64,000 nucleotides of DNA. Source: a bacterium (lineage in GTDB: Bacteria; JAMCPX01). The stretch is taken from positions 74,377-138,376 of the forward strand of contig JAJYLN010000002.1 of the NCBI GenBank assembly GCA_021787665.1, in the 5' to 3' direction. Below, piece by piece: positions 24,893 to 34,900 of the stretch; position 1 is the stretch's first letter, and every line of letters begins with the position of its first letter. The translations under genes and the position numbers were made by a program. The notes beneath the pieces were generated by a model. The model saw nothing but the letters and a program-made list of their open reading frames with translations, was not told where the DNA came from and ran no database searches.

Positions 24893-25910
24893 GGTCCCGT
24901 GTCCTTGCGCTGTCGAGTTTAAGCTCCTCCAGTTTTCTGGCTGCTCGGCCAGAGTCTATGACGTCCCGTGCGAGAGCGATGCCGGCCTGAATGGTGTTCG
25001 TCTTGCCCGCTATATACAGAGCGAATGCACTGTTTATCTCGGTCATGTCCCTCATGGGCCCCCGAACGCCGTTCAGGATGTCTTGCAGAATCGATGCGTT
25101 ATAGCGAGCATCGCCCCCGTTGAGCGCCTCTGCCGGAGCGAGTTGGTAACCGAGTTCTTGCGGGTCGAACGTGTACGACCTGATTGTTCCGTGACTCAGC
25201 TCCGACACGTCCGTCGTGCCCGTCATGGTCACCTCGTCTGCCCCGTCGCTGCCATGGACGACGCACGCGGACACACTGCCTAGGCTGTGCAGGACCTGTG
25301 CGATCGTAGCCGTGAGCCTGCGGTCGTAAACCCCGATCAACTGGTAGCGTACGCCGGCCGGGTTCGTGAGCGGGCCGATCATGTTAAAAATAGTCCGTAT
25401 ACCTATCTCCCTGCGCGGCCCTATCGCGAACTTCATGGCCCTGTGATACAGGGGGGCGAAAAGGAAGCACATGCCGACCGTATTGAGGAGACGCTCCGCC
25501 CGATCGCTCTCTGTGTTTATATCGATACCGAGTGCCTCGAGAACATCGGCGCTGCCGCTCTTCGAGGAAACGGAGCGGTTGCCGTGCTTTGCCACTCTGA
25601 CGCCTGCACCTGCTGCGACGAACGCCACCGCTGTCGATACGTTGAACGTACCCTTCCCATCGCCGCCGGTGCCGCAGGTGTCGAGCACGACCTCGTGGCC
25701 CGTGTTGATCCGTACAGCCTTCTCCCGCATCGACTTCGCGGCCCCGGCGATCTCGTCCACCGTCTCTCCTTTTATTCTGAGTGCCGTGATGAGCGACGCT
25801 ATCTGCGCGTCCGTCGCATTGCCGGACATGATCTCGTCCATGACGGTATGCATCTGCTGTTCAGACAGGGAAACGCCCTGCACCACCATGTCGATCGCGT
25901 CTTTTATCAT
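24873..25910 (-). CDS. trpD: Anthranilate phosphoribosyltransferase.
   Basis: …DTCGTGGDGKGTFNVSTA… motif. Start set at MIKDAID (ATG 25910), 4 nt downstream of the trpG stop. Confidence 0.85.
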   Translation of the reverse strand: MIKDAIDMVVQGVSLSEQQMHTVMDEIMSGNATDAQIASLITALRIKGETVDEIAGAAKSMREKAVRINTGHEVVLDTCGTGGDGKGTFNVSTAVAFVAAGAGVRVAKHGNRSVSSKSGSADVLEALGIDINTESDRAERLLNTVGMCFLFAPLYHRAMKFAIGPRREIGIRTIFNMIGPLTNPAGVRYQLIGVYDRRLTATIAQVLHSLGSVSACVVHGSDGADEVTMTGTTDVSELSHGTIRSYTFDPQELGYQLAPAEALNGGDARYNASILQDILNGVRGPMRDMTEINSAFALYIAGKTNTIQAGIALARDVIDSGRAARKLEELKLDSARTRDHGGASR

Positions 25911-25914
25911 GCTG

Positions 25915-26505
25915 CTATTTTTGGACCATGTGCAGGAAATTTGCAAGCATCTTTTTGCCGCCGGAGGTCAGTATGGATTCCGGATGAAACTGCACGCCTT
26001 CGATCATGAACCGTCGATGCCTGATTCCCATAATCTCGTGGTCTTCCTGCGACTCGGCGGTAATGGTGAATTCGTCGGTAAACGATTCCGGCAGCGTCTT
26101 CCTGTCTATAACGAGCGAGTGGTACCGTGTGGCGGTCAGGGGGTTTTCGAGCCCCGAGAAAATGGTGGCTCCGTCATGCTGTATCCTGGAGGTCTTGCCG
26201 TGGTATATCTTGCCGGCTTGTACGATGCGCGCGCCGAACGCGTACCCGATAGCCTGGTGTCCAAGGCACACGCCAAGTATGGGGTATACCCCGGCGTACC
26301 GCTGTATCGTTTCTACGGTAATGCCCGCGTCAGCCGGCGTCGACGGTCCCGGAGAAACGACGATGGCATCGATGCCCAGGCCGCCGATCTCGCTTGGCCG
26401 CAGGGCATCGTTGCGATACACGACTACCCCCGCACCGAGCTCCCCGAAATACTGTACGAGGTTGTACGTGAACGAGTCGTAGTTGTCGATGACGAGTATC
26501 TTCAT
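25915..26505 (-). CDS. trpG: Anthranilate synthase component II (glutamine amidotransferase).
   Basis: [19 protein letters not shown]… class I GATase with the catalytic Cys region. Confidence 0.9.
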   Translation of the reverse strand: MKILVIDNYDSFTYNLVQYFGELGAGVVVYRNDALRPSEIGGLGIDAIVVSPGPSTPADAGITVETIQRYAGVYPILGVCLGHQAIGYAFGARIVQAGKIYHGKTSRIQHDGATIFSGLENPLTATRYHSLVIDRKTLPESFTDEFTITAESQEDHEIMGIRHRRFMIEGVQFHPESILTSGGKKMLANFLHMVQK

Positions 26506-26524
26506 GGCATAGTTCTCATAACCT

Positions 26525-28015
26525 TCACCCTATTTCTGCCGCCTTCTTCAGGGCGTCCATCAGCGCCTGCGCCTTGGACCTTGTCTCCCGATACTCCTTC
26601 GCCGGCTCAGAATCGTAAACGATGCCTGCGCCGGACTGGACGTGTACGCCATCGTGGTCAACGAAGGCCGTACGTATCGTTATGCATGTGTCCATGCTGC
26701 CCGTATAGCTGATGTATCCGACGGCACCACCGTAGGGGCCCCTGCTGTCTTTTTCGAGCTGCTCTATGATCTCCATTGCCTTGACCTTGGGTGCGCCGGA
26801 GAGCGTACCTGCAGGGAAGACGGACTTCAGGATGTCGATCGTGTCCCTGCCGTCGAGTACGCTGCCGCTGACTTCTGAGACGATGTGCATGACGTGGGAG
26901 TACCGCTCTACGGCCATGAGTTCGTCGACCCGGACACTGCCGATCTTCGAGACCCTGCCTGCGTCGTTTCTCGCGAGGTCAACGAGCATGACGTGCTCCG
27001 CGCGCTCCTTCTCGTCCGCGAGGAGGTCCATCTCGAGGGCACGGTCCTCCTCGGCGGTCCTCCCGCGCTTCCTGGTGCCCGCTATGGGGCGTATCACGAT
27101 TTTCCCGCCCTCGAACCTCACGAGTACCTCGGGCGACGAGCCGATCAGGTGCCGGCCTCCCATGTCGAAATAGAACATGTAGGGAGAGGGATTGATGAGC
27201 CTGAGCGCCCGGTAGAACGATACCGGGTCGACCAGCGACCGTGAGGAGAACCGCTGCGACAGCACGACCTGGATGATGTCACCGTCGGCAATATGTCTTT
27301 TCCCTTTCCGGACTATGCCTTCATACTCCTGCGGGGTCATGTTCGATTTGAAAGGCCTGACTATGTGCCGCTTCTTCTTCGCAGGAGCGAGAGGCCTGTT
27401 CAGAATCGATACGACCTTTTTTATCGAGGCTATCGCGCTGCGGTAAGCGTCTTTTGCGTTCCGTCCGTCCGTAAATGCGTTGGAAAGGATGATGATGGTG
27501 TGCCTGATGTTGTCAAAGATGACGAGTCTGTTCGTGAAGAGAAGAAATACATCGTCGAATCCGAGGGAAGGCTTACCGCGGTCCGGCACCTTTTCGAACG
27601 TCTTTACCATATCGTAGCCGAAGTATCCTACGGCGCCGCCCACGAAGCCGGGCAGTCCCTCGATGACGGCCGGCCTGTATTTCCTGAGTTCGGCCCTCAG
27701 GATCTCGAGAGGGTCCGGGACAGCGCGGTATACCTGTGTAACGGCGTGCCCTCCGTTGTATCTCGTTATGGACACGTTCCTTTGCCTGACCCTGAACACC
27801 GAGGACGGGTCGAATCCGATAAAGCTGTACCTGGCCCACCTTTCTCCGCCTTCGACGCTCTCGAGAAGGAACGGGTACGAGAAGTATTTTAGCTTCAACA
27901 GGACGGAGACCGGCGTCTCCACATCGGAGAGTATCTCCGTATACACGGGTATGACGTTGGAGTGCCTGGCAAGCTTTACAAACGCTTCATAGGATGGATG
28001 AAAGATACCGTCCAT
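26525..28015 (-). CDS. trpE: Anthranilate synthase component I.
   Basis: Chorismate-binding domain (…GAVGY…). 496 aa. Confidence 0.9.
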   Translation of the reverse strand: MDGIFHPSYEAFVKLARHSNVIPVYTEILSDVETPVSVLLKLKYFSYPFLLESVEGGERWARYSFIGFDPSSVFRVRQRNVSITRYNGGHAVTQVYRAVPDPLEILRAELRKYRPAVIEGLPGFVGGAVGYFGYDMVKTFEKVPDRGKPSLGFDDVFLLFTNRLVIFDNIRHTIIILSNAFTDGRNAKDAYRSAIASIKKVVSILNRPLAPAKKKRHIVRPFKSNMTPQEYEGIVRKGKRHIADGDIIQVVLSQRFSSRSLVDPVSFYRALRLINPSPYMFYFDMGGRHLIGSSPEVLVRFEGGKIVIRPIAGTRKRGRTAEEDRALEMDLLADEKERAEHVMLVDLARNDAGRVSKIGSVRVDELMAVERYSHVMHIVSEVSGSVLDGRDTIDILKSVFPAGTLSGAPKVKAMEIIEQLEKDSRGPYGGAVGYISYTGSMDTCITIRTAFVDHDGVHVQSGAGIVYDSEPAKEYRETRSKAQALMDALKKAAEIG

Positions 28016-28016
28016 G

Positions 28017-28901
28017 TCACTGCAGCGGCACTTCCTGTAACCGCTGGGGACTGCTGCCCGTGTTGTTGTTCTGCGGCGGGGGGGCCGGCGCGTAGTACTG
28101 CGTTGCCGGCTGTTGTGTCTGACCTTGCGGCGTTTGCTGCTGGGGGGCCGGCGCGTAGTACTGCGTCGCCGGCTGTTGTGCCTGACCCTGCGGCGTTTGC
28201 TGTTGGGAAGCCTTTATGGCAGTTACGAGCCATTCGATGATGTTGAGGATCTCTTTGCGTGTCTCCGGTGGGTCGTTCGTATATTCCATATAGGCGGTCA
28301 GTTCGGTCTGGGCGTCTGTGTAGTCCTTTCTGTGGTAGTACAGTAGTCCAAGGGCCATGTGCGCATCGGCAAATCCAGGGTAGAGGGCGAGTGCCTGCAG
28401 GTAGTACTGCATCTCCTCGTTGGAATCGTTCCTCAGGGCGACGCCCTGATTGTAGAGCGCTACCGCTTTCTGTCTCAGGTCCGGACTCACCGTCTGTCCC
28501 GGCGTGCCCGATGATGTTCCACTCAGACTGGCTATCGCCTTCCTGACCTGGGCCTTCTTTGCCTCGTCGCTCGAGTACTGAAGGAATTTGTTGAAGCTGT
28601 CGATCGCTTCCGTATTCATGTTCCTCCTCATGTATATGATCCCCATGTTGTAGTAGGCCGGAGCGTACGTCGGATCGATCTGGACGGCCTTCTGATAGCA
28701 CGCGAGCTCCTCGTTCGAGTTGTTGTTCATGGCAACGCCCCTGTTGTACCAGTCCAGTGCCGAAAGGGGCTTCGAAGACTGCTCCTTGATAAGCTGCTGC
28801 GTCGCCGAGTTTTCCGTTGCTCTGTTTATGGACTGGGCAGCAGCGTACCCGCTGACCATGATAAAGCAGGTCATCGAGAAAACGATCAATCGTCCGTTCA
28901 T
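28017..28901 (-). CDS. Secreted TPR-repeat protein (signal peptide) with a Gln/Pro-rich C-terminal tandem repeat. It is the first gene of the minus-strand trp operon.
   Basis: N-terminal signal peptide. 34-aa TPR-like units (…AYYNMGIIY…, …ALGLLYY…). The stop lies 1 nt from the trpE start. Confidence 0.65.
   Translation of the reverse strand: MNGRLIVFSMTCFIMVSGYAAAQSINRATENSATQQLIKEQSSKPLSALDWYNRGVAMNNNSNEELACYQKAVQIDPTYAPAYYNMGIIYMRRNMNTEAIDSFNKFLQYSSDEAKKAQVRKAIASLSGTSSGTPGQTVSPDLRQKAVALYNQGVALRNDSNEEMQYYLQALALYPGFADAHMALGLLYYHRKDYTDAQTELTAYMEYTNDPPETRKEILNIIEWLVTAIKASQQQTPQGQAQQPATQYYAPAPQQQTPQGQTQQPATQYYAPAPPPQNNNTGSSPQRLQEVPLQ
28078..28203. repeat. Tandem duplication of a 63-bp unit. It encodes QQTPQGQ(A/T)QQPATQYYAPAP (2 x 21 aa) in the TPR lipoprotein tail.
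   Basis: gggggggccggcgcgtagtactgcgt… occurs at 28079 and 28142, differing at ~5 positions. Confidence 0.8.
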
Positions 28902-29004
28902 ACGGCCTCCCTGTGCTTTTTACGTATCATACTGCTATCCTCTTGCGAGGCTGATTTCATAATAGCAGACGCAGAAGGCCGTGTCAAAATGGATCTTGCG
29001 GCGT

Positions 29005-29787
29005 CTATCTCTTTTTGTAAGCAGGTGATCTGCCCTCCTGCAGGGCGGCTTTCCCCTCGACGTAGTCTTCGGAGGACACAATCGTGGCATAGTCCTCGAT
29101 GTCCTCCCGAACGACTGCCATGAAGTCTTTCAGAGTCGAGTCCACGATCGACCTCTTGGCCGCTGTCATGGCGAGCGGCGCATTCCTGGAGAGGCCCTTC
29201 AGCATCTTTATGCCCTCTTTGAGCAGGCTGTCCTCCTCTGCCAGGGCATCGATCAGCCCGCTATCCAGTGCAGACCGGGGAGTGAGCAGCTTCCCTTTGA
29301 GTACGAGCTCCCGTGCCCGCGTCTCGCCGATGAGCCTGACCAACCTATAGATACCACCGAAGGGCGGAAATGTGCCGAGCCTGACGTCCGGGAAGCCTAT
29401 GTTTATCTCCTGGTCTACAGCTATTCTGAAATCCGTAGCCAGGGCGAGCTCGAGTCCGAAGCCCACACAGTGGCCGTTTATGAGGGTCAGGGTGGGCAGG
29501 TGTAGCCGCTGTAGCGACAGAAGGGCCTCTGCTACCAGGCCGAGCGTCTTCCTGAGCTTCCGCTCGTTGTGTCCGTCTGCGATGTCCACGACTTCGTGCC
29601 CGGAGGTAAAGATTCCTTCGATGGCGCTGGTCATGATGACGCCATCATAGTCGTGATGGAGCGTAATACTATTGATCTCGTCGCGGAGCTGCTCCAGGAC
29701 CGGCAGCTTTATGAAGTTGTCCGGGGGTCTGTTGATCTTCAGAACGAGAATGTTCTGGGTGTCCTCTTTCACGATAAACTCATTCAT
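29005..29787 (-). CDS. Enoyl-CoA hydratase/isomerase (crotonase) family protein.
   Basis: Crotonase-fold signatures (…INGHCVGFGLELALATDFRIA…). Confidence 0.8.
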   Translation of the reverse strand: MNEFIVKEDTQNILVLKINRPPDNFIKLPVLEQLRDEINSITLHHDYDGVIMTSAIEGIFTSGHEVVDIADGHNERKLRKTLGLVAEALLSLQRLHLPTLTLINGHCVGFGLELALATDFRIAVDQEINIGFPDVRLGTFPPFGGIYRLVRLIGETRARELVLKGKLLTPRSALDSGLIDALAEEDSLLKEGIKMLKGLSRNAPLAMTAAKRSIVDSTLKDFMAVVREDIEDYATIVSSEDYVEGKAALQEGRSPAYKKR

Positions 29788-29919
29788 GGGGTCAGTATAG
29801 TTTGAGCAGCGTCCGATTTCAATAAAAAAGTTGAAGATGAGGAATGTATCGTACCTGCGGTACTGAAAGCACCGTGTTGCTGCATGAGCTCTCGTATGAA
29901 GAAAAATACAGGTACAAGG

Positions 29920-30915
29920 TCAAGAAGATATACTCCCCAGACCTAGGGACGATTCCAGCTCATCCGCGGACGCCGTTGCCGTGCCGAGCTTGCCCACGAC
30001 GATTCCTGCAGCGTGGTTCGATATGACGCATGCATCCATCCACGTGGCCTTCACGGCGAGTGCGAGTGTGAGTGCCGAGATGACGGTATCGCCGGCACCG
30101 GTAACATCGTATACCTCTTTTGCAATGGTGGGTATGTGCTGCACGGTACCGTCTGACTGGAACAGGCTCATGCCGTATTCGCCCCGGGTTATGAGAATCG
30201 CATCGGTGTGGTACGCCTTCAACAGGTACGTCCCTGCCTTTGCCAGCGCCTTTGCCGAGTCGATTTTGAACCCGCAGGCCTCCTCGGCTTCTTTCTGGTT
30301 CGGGGTGATGACCGTCACGCCCCGGTAGGACCTGAAATTGCGTATCTTGGGGTCCACGGCGACGACCGTACCGTTCCTGTCTTTTGACCCGAGGATGTGG
30401 GAGATGATGCCCCTGTTGATCAAGCCTTTCCCGTAGTCGGAGACGATCACGGCGTCGAACCTATGCAGCTCTGTATCAAGAAACGCGACCATGCCGCTGT
30501 ACGCTTTTCTCGAAAGCTCCTCCTTCGACTCCCGGTCGAACCGTACCACCTGCTGGTGCTGCGCGACGACCCTTGTCTTTATCGACGTGGGCCTGGGCTC
30601 ATCCACGATGATACCGTCAGTCCTGTAGCCGTCTTCCTTGAGCATCTCCAGCATCCTCTCGCCGTTGTAGTCGTTGCCTATCACACCGACCAACACTGCC
30701 TCGCCACCCAGCGCCCTGATGTTCTGGAGGACGTTCGCGGCGCCGCCGAACATGATGCTCTCCTTTGTTACCTCCACGACCGGGACGGGCGCCTCCGGGG
30801 ATATGCGGGAGACCTTTCCCCACACGAACTCATCGAGAATGATGTCTCCGATCACAAGGACCCGTGCCTTCCTGAAATTCCTGATAATCTTGAGTAGCCT
30901 CTTTGTGTTCTCCAT
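29920..30915 (-). CDS. hldE: D-glycero-beta-D-manno-heptose-7-phosphate kinase (HldE/RfaE domain I only, PfkB family).
   Basis: …VLVIGDIILDEFVWGKVSRISPEAPVPVV… is typical of RfaE kinase. 331 aa, so no adenylyltransferase domain. Confidence 0.8.
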   Translation of the reverse strand: MENTKRLLKIIRNFRKARVLVIGDIILDEFVWGKVSRISPEAPVPVVEVTKESIMFGGAANVLQNIRALGGEAVLVGVIGNDYNGERMLEMLKEDGYRTDGIIVDEPRPTSIKTRVVAQHQQVVRFDRESKEELSRKAYSGMVAFLDTELHRFDAVIVSDYGKGLINRGIISHILGSKDRNGTVVAVDPKIRNFRSYRGVTVITPNQKEAEEACGFKIDSAKALAKAGTYLLKAYHTDAILITRGEYGMSLFQSDGTVQHIPTIAKEVYDVTGAGDTVISALTLALAVKATWMDACVISNHAAGIVVGKLGTATASADELESSLGLGSISS

Positions 30916-31959
30916 TCAACCCTCCGTAGGTGCATTGAGAATCTGTACTGCGTGCCGCAGGACGAGATCGCTGTCGATAGCCCTGGCGCATGCGGTCCGC
31001 GCATCGTCGCTGCACGGATAGTCGGGGCACACGTCACAGTGCCTGGGCGCGGTAATCGCGACATAACGGTCTCCGGCCGGCTTCCATTTCCTGATGTGCT
31101 CCTCGAGACCGCGCATCGGAGGATAGACGATGACACCCGGAGTGCCTACCGCATCGGCTATATGACACGGGCCGCTGTCGTTGCCTATAAACAGTGAGGC
31201 ACGTCGAATCAGGCAGCTTACCTGTCTGAGCGGCAGCCCCACGGCTGCCGATGCAGCGCCGGGCCCCACGGTGTTCAGTATCCTTTGTATCGTGCCCGCT
31301 TCCGCCGCATCACCGATTACCACGGACCTGACGTGGTGGACCTGTGCGAGCCTGTCTATCACGGACGCATAGCCCTCCGAAGTCATGCCCTGGCCGCCTA
31401 CCGTCTTGCCGCCCGGGTGTATGACTGCATACCGCCGGTCATCCCCGGGCCCGGTCCCCCTTACGGCGGACATAATTGGATAGGTGGTGCATTCATCGGT
31501 GCCAAGCTCGAGGGACAGGTCGTTACTGAATATGCCGAGGGGGCCAACGAGCTTCATCGTAAGCTCCACGATATTCTCGCCCTCCGTGTATTCCACACGG
31601 TCTGTCAGGAAGCGCGATCTGCCTTCCGTCTGGAACCCTATCCTCCTCTTTGCGCCGGAGAGCATGCCGATCAGCTCGCTCCTGAGAAACCGCTTGAACA
31701 GTATCGCTACGGCGAAGCGTCTCTTCCTCAATTCTCTGATGAATCCGACGTAGCCCTTCAGGGACCTGTGTGCGCCGTACATGTCGTAGACCATGACCTC
31801 GTCTATCCACGGTATGCCGTTGACGAGGTCATCGATGCCGGGAGAGACGATCATGGTTATGGAGGAGTCCGGGTACTGTTTCTTTATCGCCCGTACTGCC
31901 GGGATACTCACCAGCGTATTGCCTATCGAGCCGAATCTGACGATGAGTATCCGCTGCAT
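30916..31959 (-). CDS. ADP-heptose:LPS heptosyltransferase (GT9 family).
   Basis: MQRILIVRFGSIGNTLVSIPAVRAIKKQYP… is the GT9 N-terminus. Confidence 0.8.
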   Translation of the reverse strand: MQRILIVRFGSIGNTLVSIPAVRAIKKQYPDSSITMIVSPGIDDLVNGIPWIDEVMVYDMYGAHRSLKGYVGFIRELRKRRFAVAILFKRFLRSELIGMLSGAKRRIGFQTEGRSRFLTDRVEYTEGENIVELTMKLVGPLGIFSNDLSLELGTDECTTYPIMSAVRGTGPGDDRRYAVIHPGGKTVGGQGMTSEGYASVIDRLAQVHHVRSVVIGDAAEAGTIQRILNTVGPGAASAAVGLPLRQVSCLIRRASLFIGNDSGPCHIADAVGTPGVIVYPPMRGLEEHIRKWKPAGDRYVAITAPRHCDVCPDYPCSDDARTACARAIDSDLVLRHAVQILNAPTEG

Positions 31960-31960
31960 G

Positions 31961-34900
31961 CTATACCGACAGTATCGACATACCGAGCCTGCTCCTCAGC
32001 AGGAAGTGGCTGTCCGAGAGGTAGAACTGGAGCATGTCCTTCATCATCTCCGAGGACGAGAAGACGCCTCTCCTTTTCTCCTTGTTCGAGAGGAGCGAGG
32101 CATCCCCGATGTGCCATTTGACCAGCGATGAGAAGACCGGCTCTATATCGCCTACCATGAACAAGGCGGTACGAACGCCCGTCATCTCGATGCCGGTAAA
32201 CCAGTCTTCCATGTAATGATTTGTCACCTTGAGGTATTTTTTGACCGGCTCATCGAGTGCGCCCCTTTGTTTTTTCGAGAGTGTGTCATCGAGGACGTTT
32301 TTGATGGTACCGGCACCAGGGTCCTTGTCGTACGGTGCAGCAGCAGAGGGGTTCAGTATCAATATCAGGGCGCCCAGGAGTTGCGAGAACCTCTGCCTGC
32401 CCAGTTTCATGGGAAGGGTGAAGCCGGCCTTGACGTACGTGAGGTACTCCGTCAGTACAAAAGCCTTCTCCGCGGCAGACATACCGGTGAGCGCCGAGGT
32501 GTTCACGATGAGCGACGGCGGGTCGGTGTTTTCGATAGCGATCCTGAAACTGCCCTGCGATGTCTGATAGACATCCATGTCCCTGATGCCGAGGGTTTGC
32601 AGAAGTCCCTCGTACTCCTGCCACGCGGCGGACTTCGATGTTACTCGCTCCTGCCTGCCAACGCCGTAAAACTTCAAGTCCGGCCTGAATATGCTCTCCG
32701 CGTTGTCCGGGAATGCATTCACGATATCCTTGAGCGGGCCCCGGGCCTTCATGTGGAGCAGGTGTGCGGTAAAGAGATCGTCGGTAACCGGGGACTTCGG
32801 ATGACGGGGCTGTTTGCCTCTGTTGGCGTCCACGAATATGCGCTCCATGTCTTTCTCCTGCCCCAGCAGCTTCAGTGCGCTATAGTACGAGAACACACGG
32901 TCGTAGTCCTTCTTCTGCTCGTAGAATTTCGCAAGGAACCGTACCGCCTGGGTGCTGTCAGGTCGTTGCTTCAGCACGACGCCGTATTCGCGCACTGCCT
33001 CCGCAGTGCCGGATTTGCTCTTCGACAGTAGCTCTGCGAGTGCGCTATGTGCATCGGTGTCGGAAGGCTCGATGTTCACTATCGTCTGGTACTGCTGAAC
33101 GGCGAGATCCGGGTCGTTGAGCTTCGTGGTGTAGAGCGCTCCCAGCTCTTTTATGAGAGGGAGTATCCCCTTCGGTTCCTTGGGCAGCAGTACCTTGATG
33201 AATTTCTGGTACATCTCAGCCATGCCCTGGAAATTGCCCTGCTGCTCAAATATGCTGCCGAGCCCCTTCAGAGCGGGTATTGAAGACGGCTCCTTCTTCA
33301 GTGCCTCGAGGTAGTACCTCTTTGCAGCATCCGGGTCGTTCTTGAGCTTGAGGTAGATCTCTCCGAGCCTCATCGAGGCATTGACGAGACCCTCCGTGGA
33401 CTTCTCTGTCAGGAGCAGTCTCGTCAGGATGTCTATTTCGTTGTCGGTGTCGGACTGCTCGCGGTATATGCTAAGGAGCTCATCGTATATCTGGACGTTA
33501 TCGGGTACGATCGCCATGGCTTCCCTGAGGAAAGGGATAGCGCCGTTGAGATCATAGAGCTTGTCGTGCCTCAGTTTCGCGATCTTTATCAGTACCTGGG
33601 CCCTATCCTGTGGCTTGGACGCGACCTTCGAGAGCTTGATCAACACTTCTATCTCGAGCTCGAAGTTGCCGAGGTTTGCAGTCAGCTCGTCGAGGGCTCT
33701 CAGACTTTCGGCATCCCGGTCGTTTATATCGACTGCCCTCAGCAAATACTCGACTGCCTGCTGGATGTTGCCGAGCTTCCTCGCTATGTCCGACAGGAGC
33801 TTGTAGAGAGGGAGCAGCCTTGCAGGATCCAGCTCCTGCTCATGTGCGTAGGTAATGTTTTTCAGGGCATCGTACGCGTCCTTGTAGAGTCCGGTTGCGT
33901 ATGCGGACTCCCCGAACGCTATCCTGTAATCGATGTTCGAGGGCGATCGATTGTACGCGTTCTTGTAGGCGGTGCACGCTTCCGCGGCCTTGCCGCCTTC
34001 TTTGAGGAGACCGCCGTATTCGTAGTTCAACGCTGCTATGGTCTCGTCGGGCACGGACTTCGATTGGATCGCCTCTCTGTAGTAGTTCAGAGCGCTGTCC
34101 TTCGAGTGTTGCGAAGCACTCAATCGTGCAAGCCTGATGAGCACGTCGCTGTTCGTCCTGTCAAGGGCGAAGGCCGACTCGTAGGCCCGGATCGCCTCAG
34201 GCTCGTCGTGCATGCGGGACGAGAGCAGTTCTGCGGACTTGATGAAGTAGCCGATCTTTGTTTCTTGCTGCGATGCGTTGGCCGCCGCAGACCGGTAGAA
34301 CCGGTCAAGCAGCGCATCGTCGCCCTTCTTCACGAGCAGGGCCTCGAGCAGGGCGTATACCGAGATGTCCGAAGGCCTTTCTTTCACGATATCCTGATAG
34401 ATGGCTATCCCTCCGTCCGGGTCGTGCAGCTTGTCCACCCGTACGGCGGCGAGCTTCTTCTGCATGTCCGTACGCTCGTCGCCGGTCTTCATGCTCTGGA
34501 GCCGCTCCTCGAACAGCGCGGCCAGGGCCTTAAAGTCTCCGGACAACTCGTAGATGCCGGCGAGCGCGGAAAAAGCCGCAGCGTTGTCAGGCTGAAGGTC
34601 AAGGACATCATGGTAGATGCCCGCTGCGGCCCTGACGTCGTCATGCCGGGCAGTGGCAAGGCCGAGCAGCAGGTCCACTCTTTGCCCCGCAGGTATCTGG
34701 AACTTCAATATCTCTTCGGCCGTGGAGATCAAGCCATCCCGGTTGTTCATTTTTTTGTACAGAGCGTTCAACCTTTCATAGACGGCGAGCTCCTTCTTCC
34801 CGGTCTTGATGAAGTCCTCGAGGGTCGTTACCGCAGAGGGACAGTCGTTGAGGTTATCGTCCAGTATCGATGCCCGTCTGAGCACGATTTCCGCTCTCCG

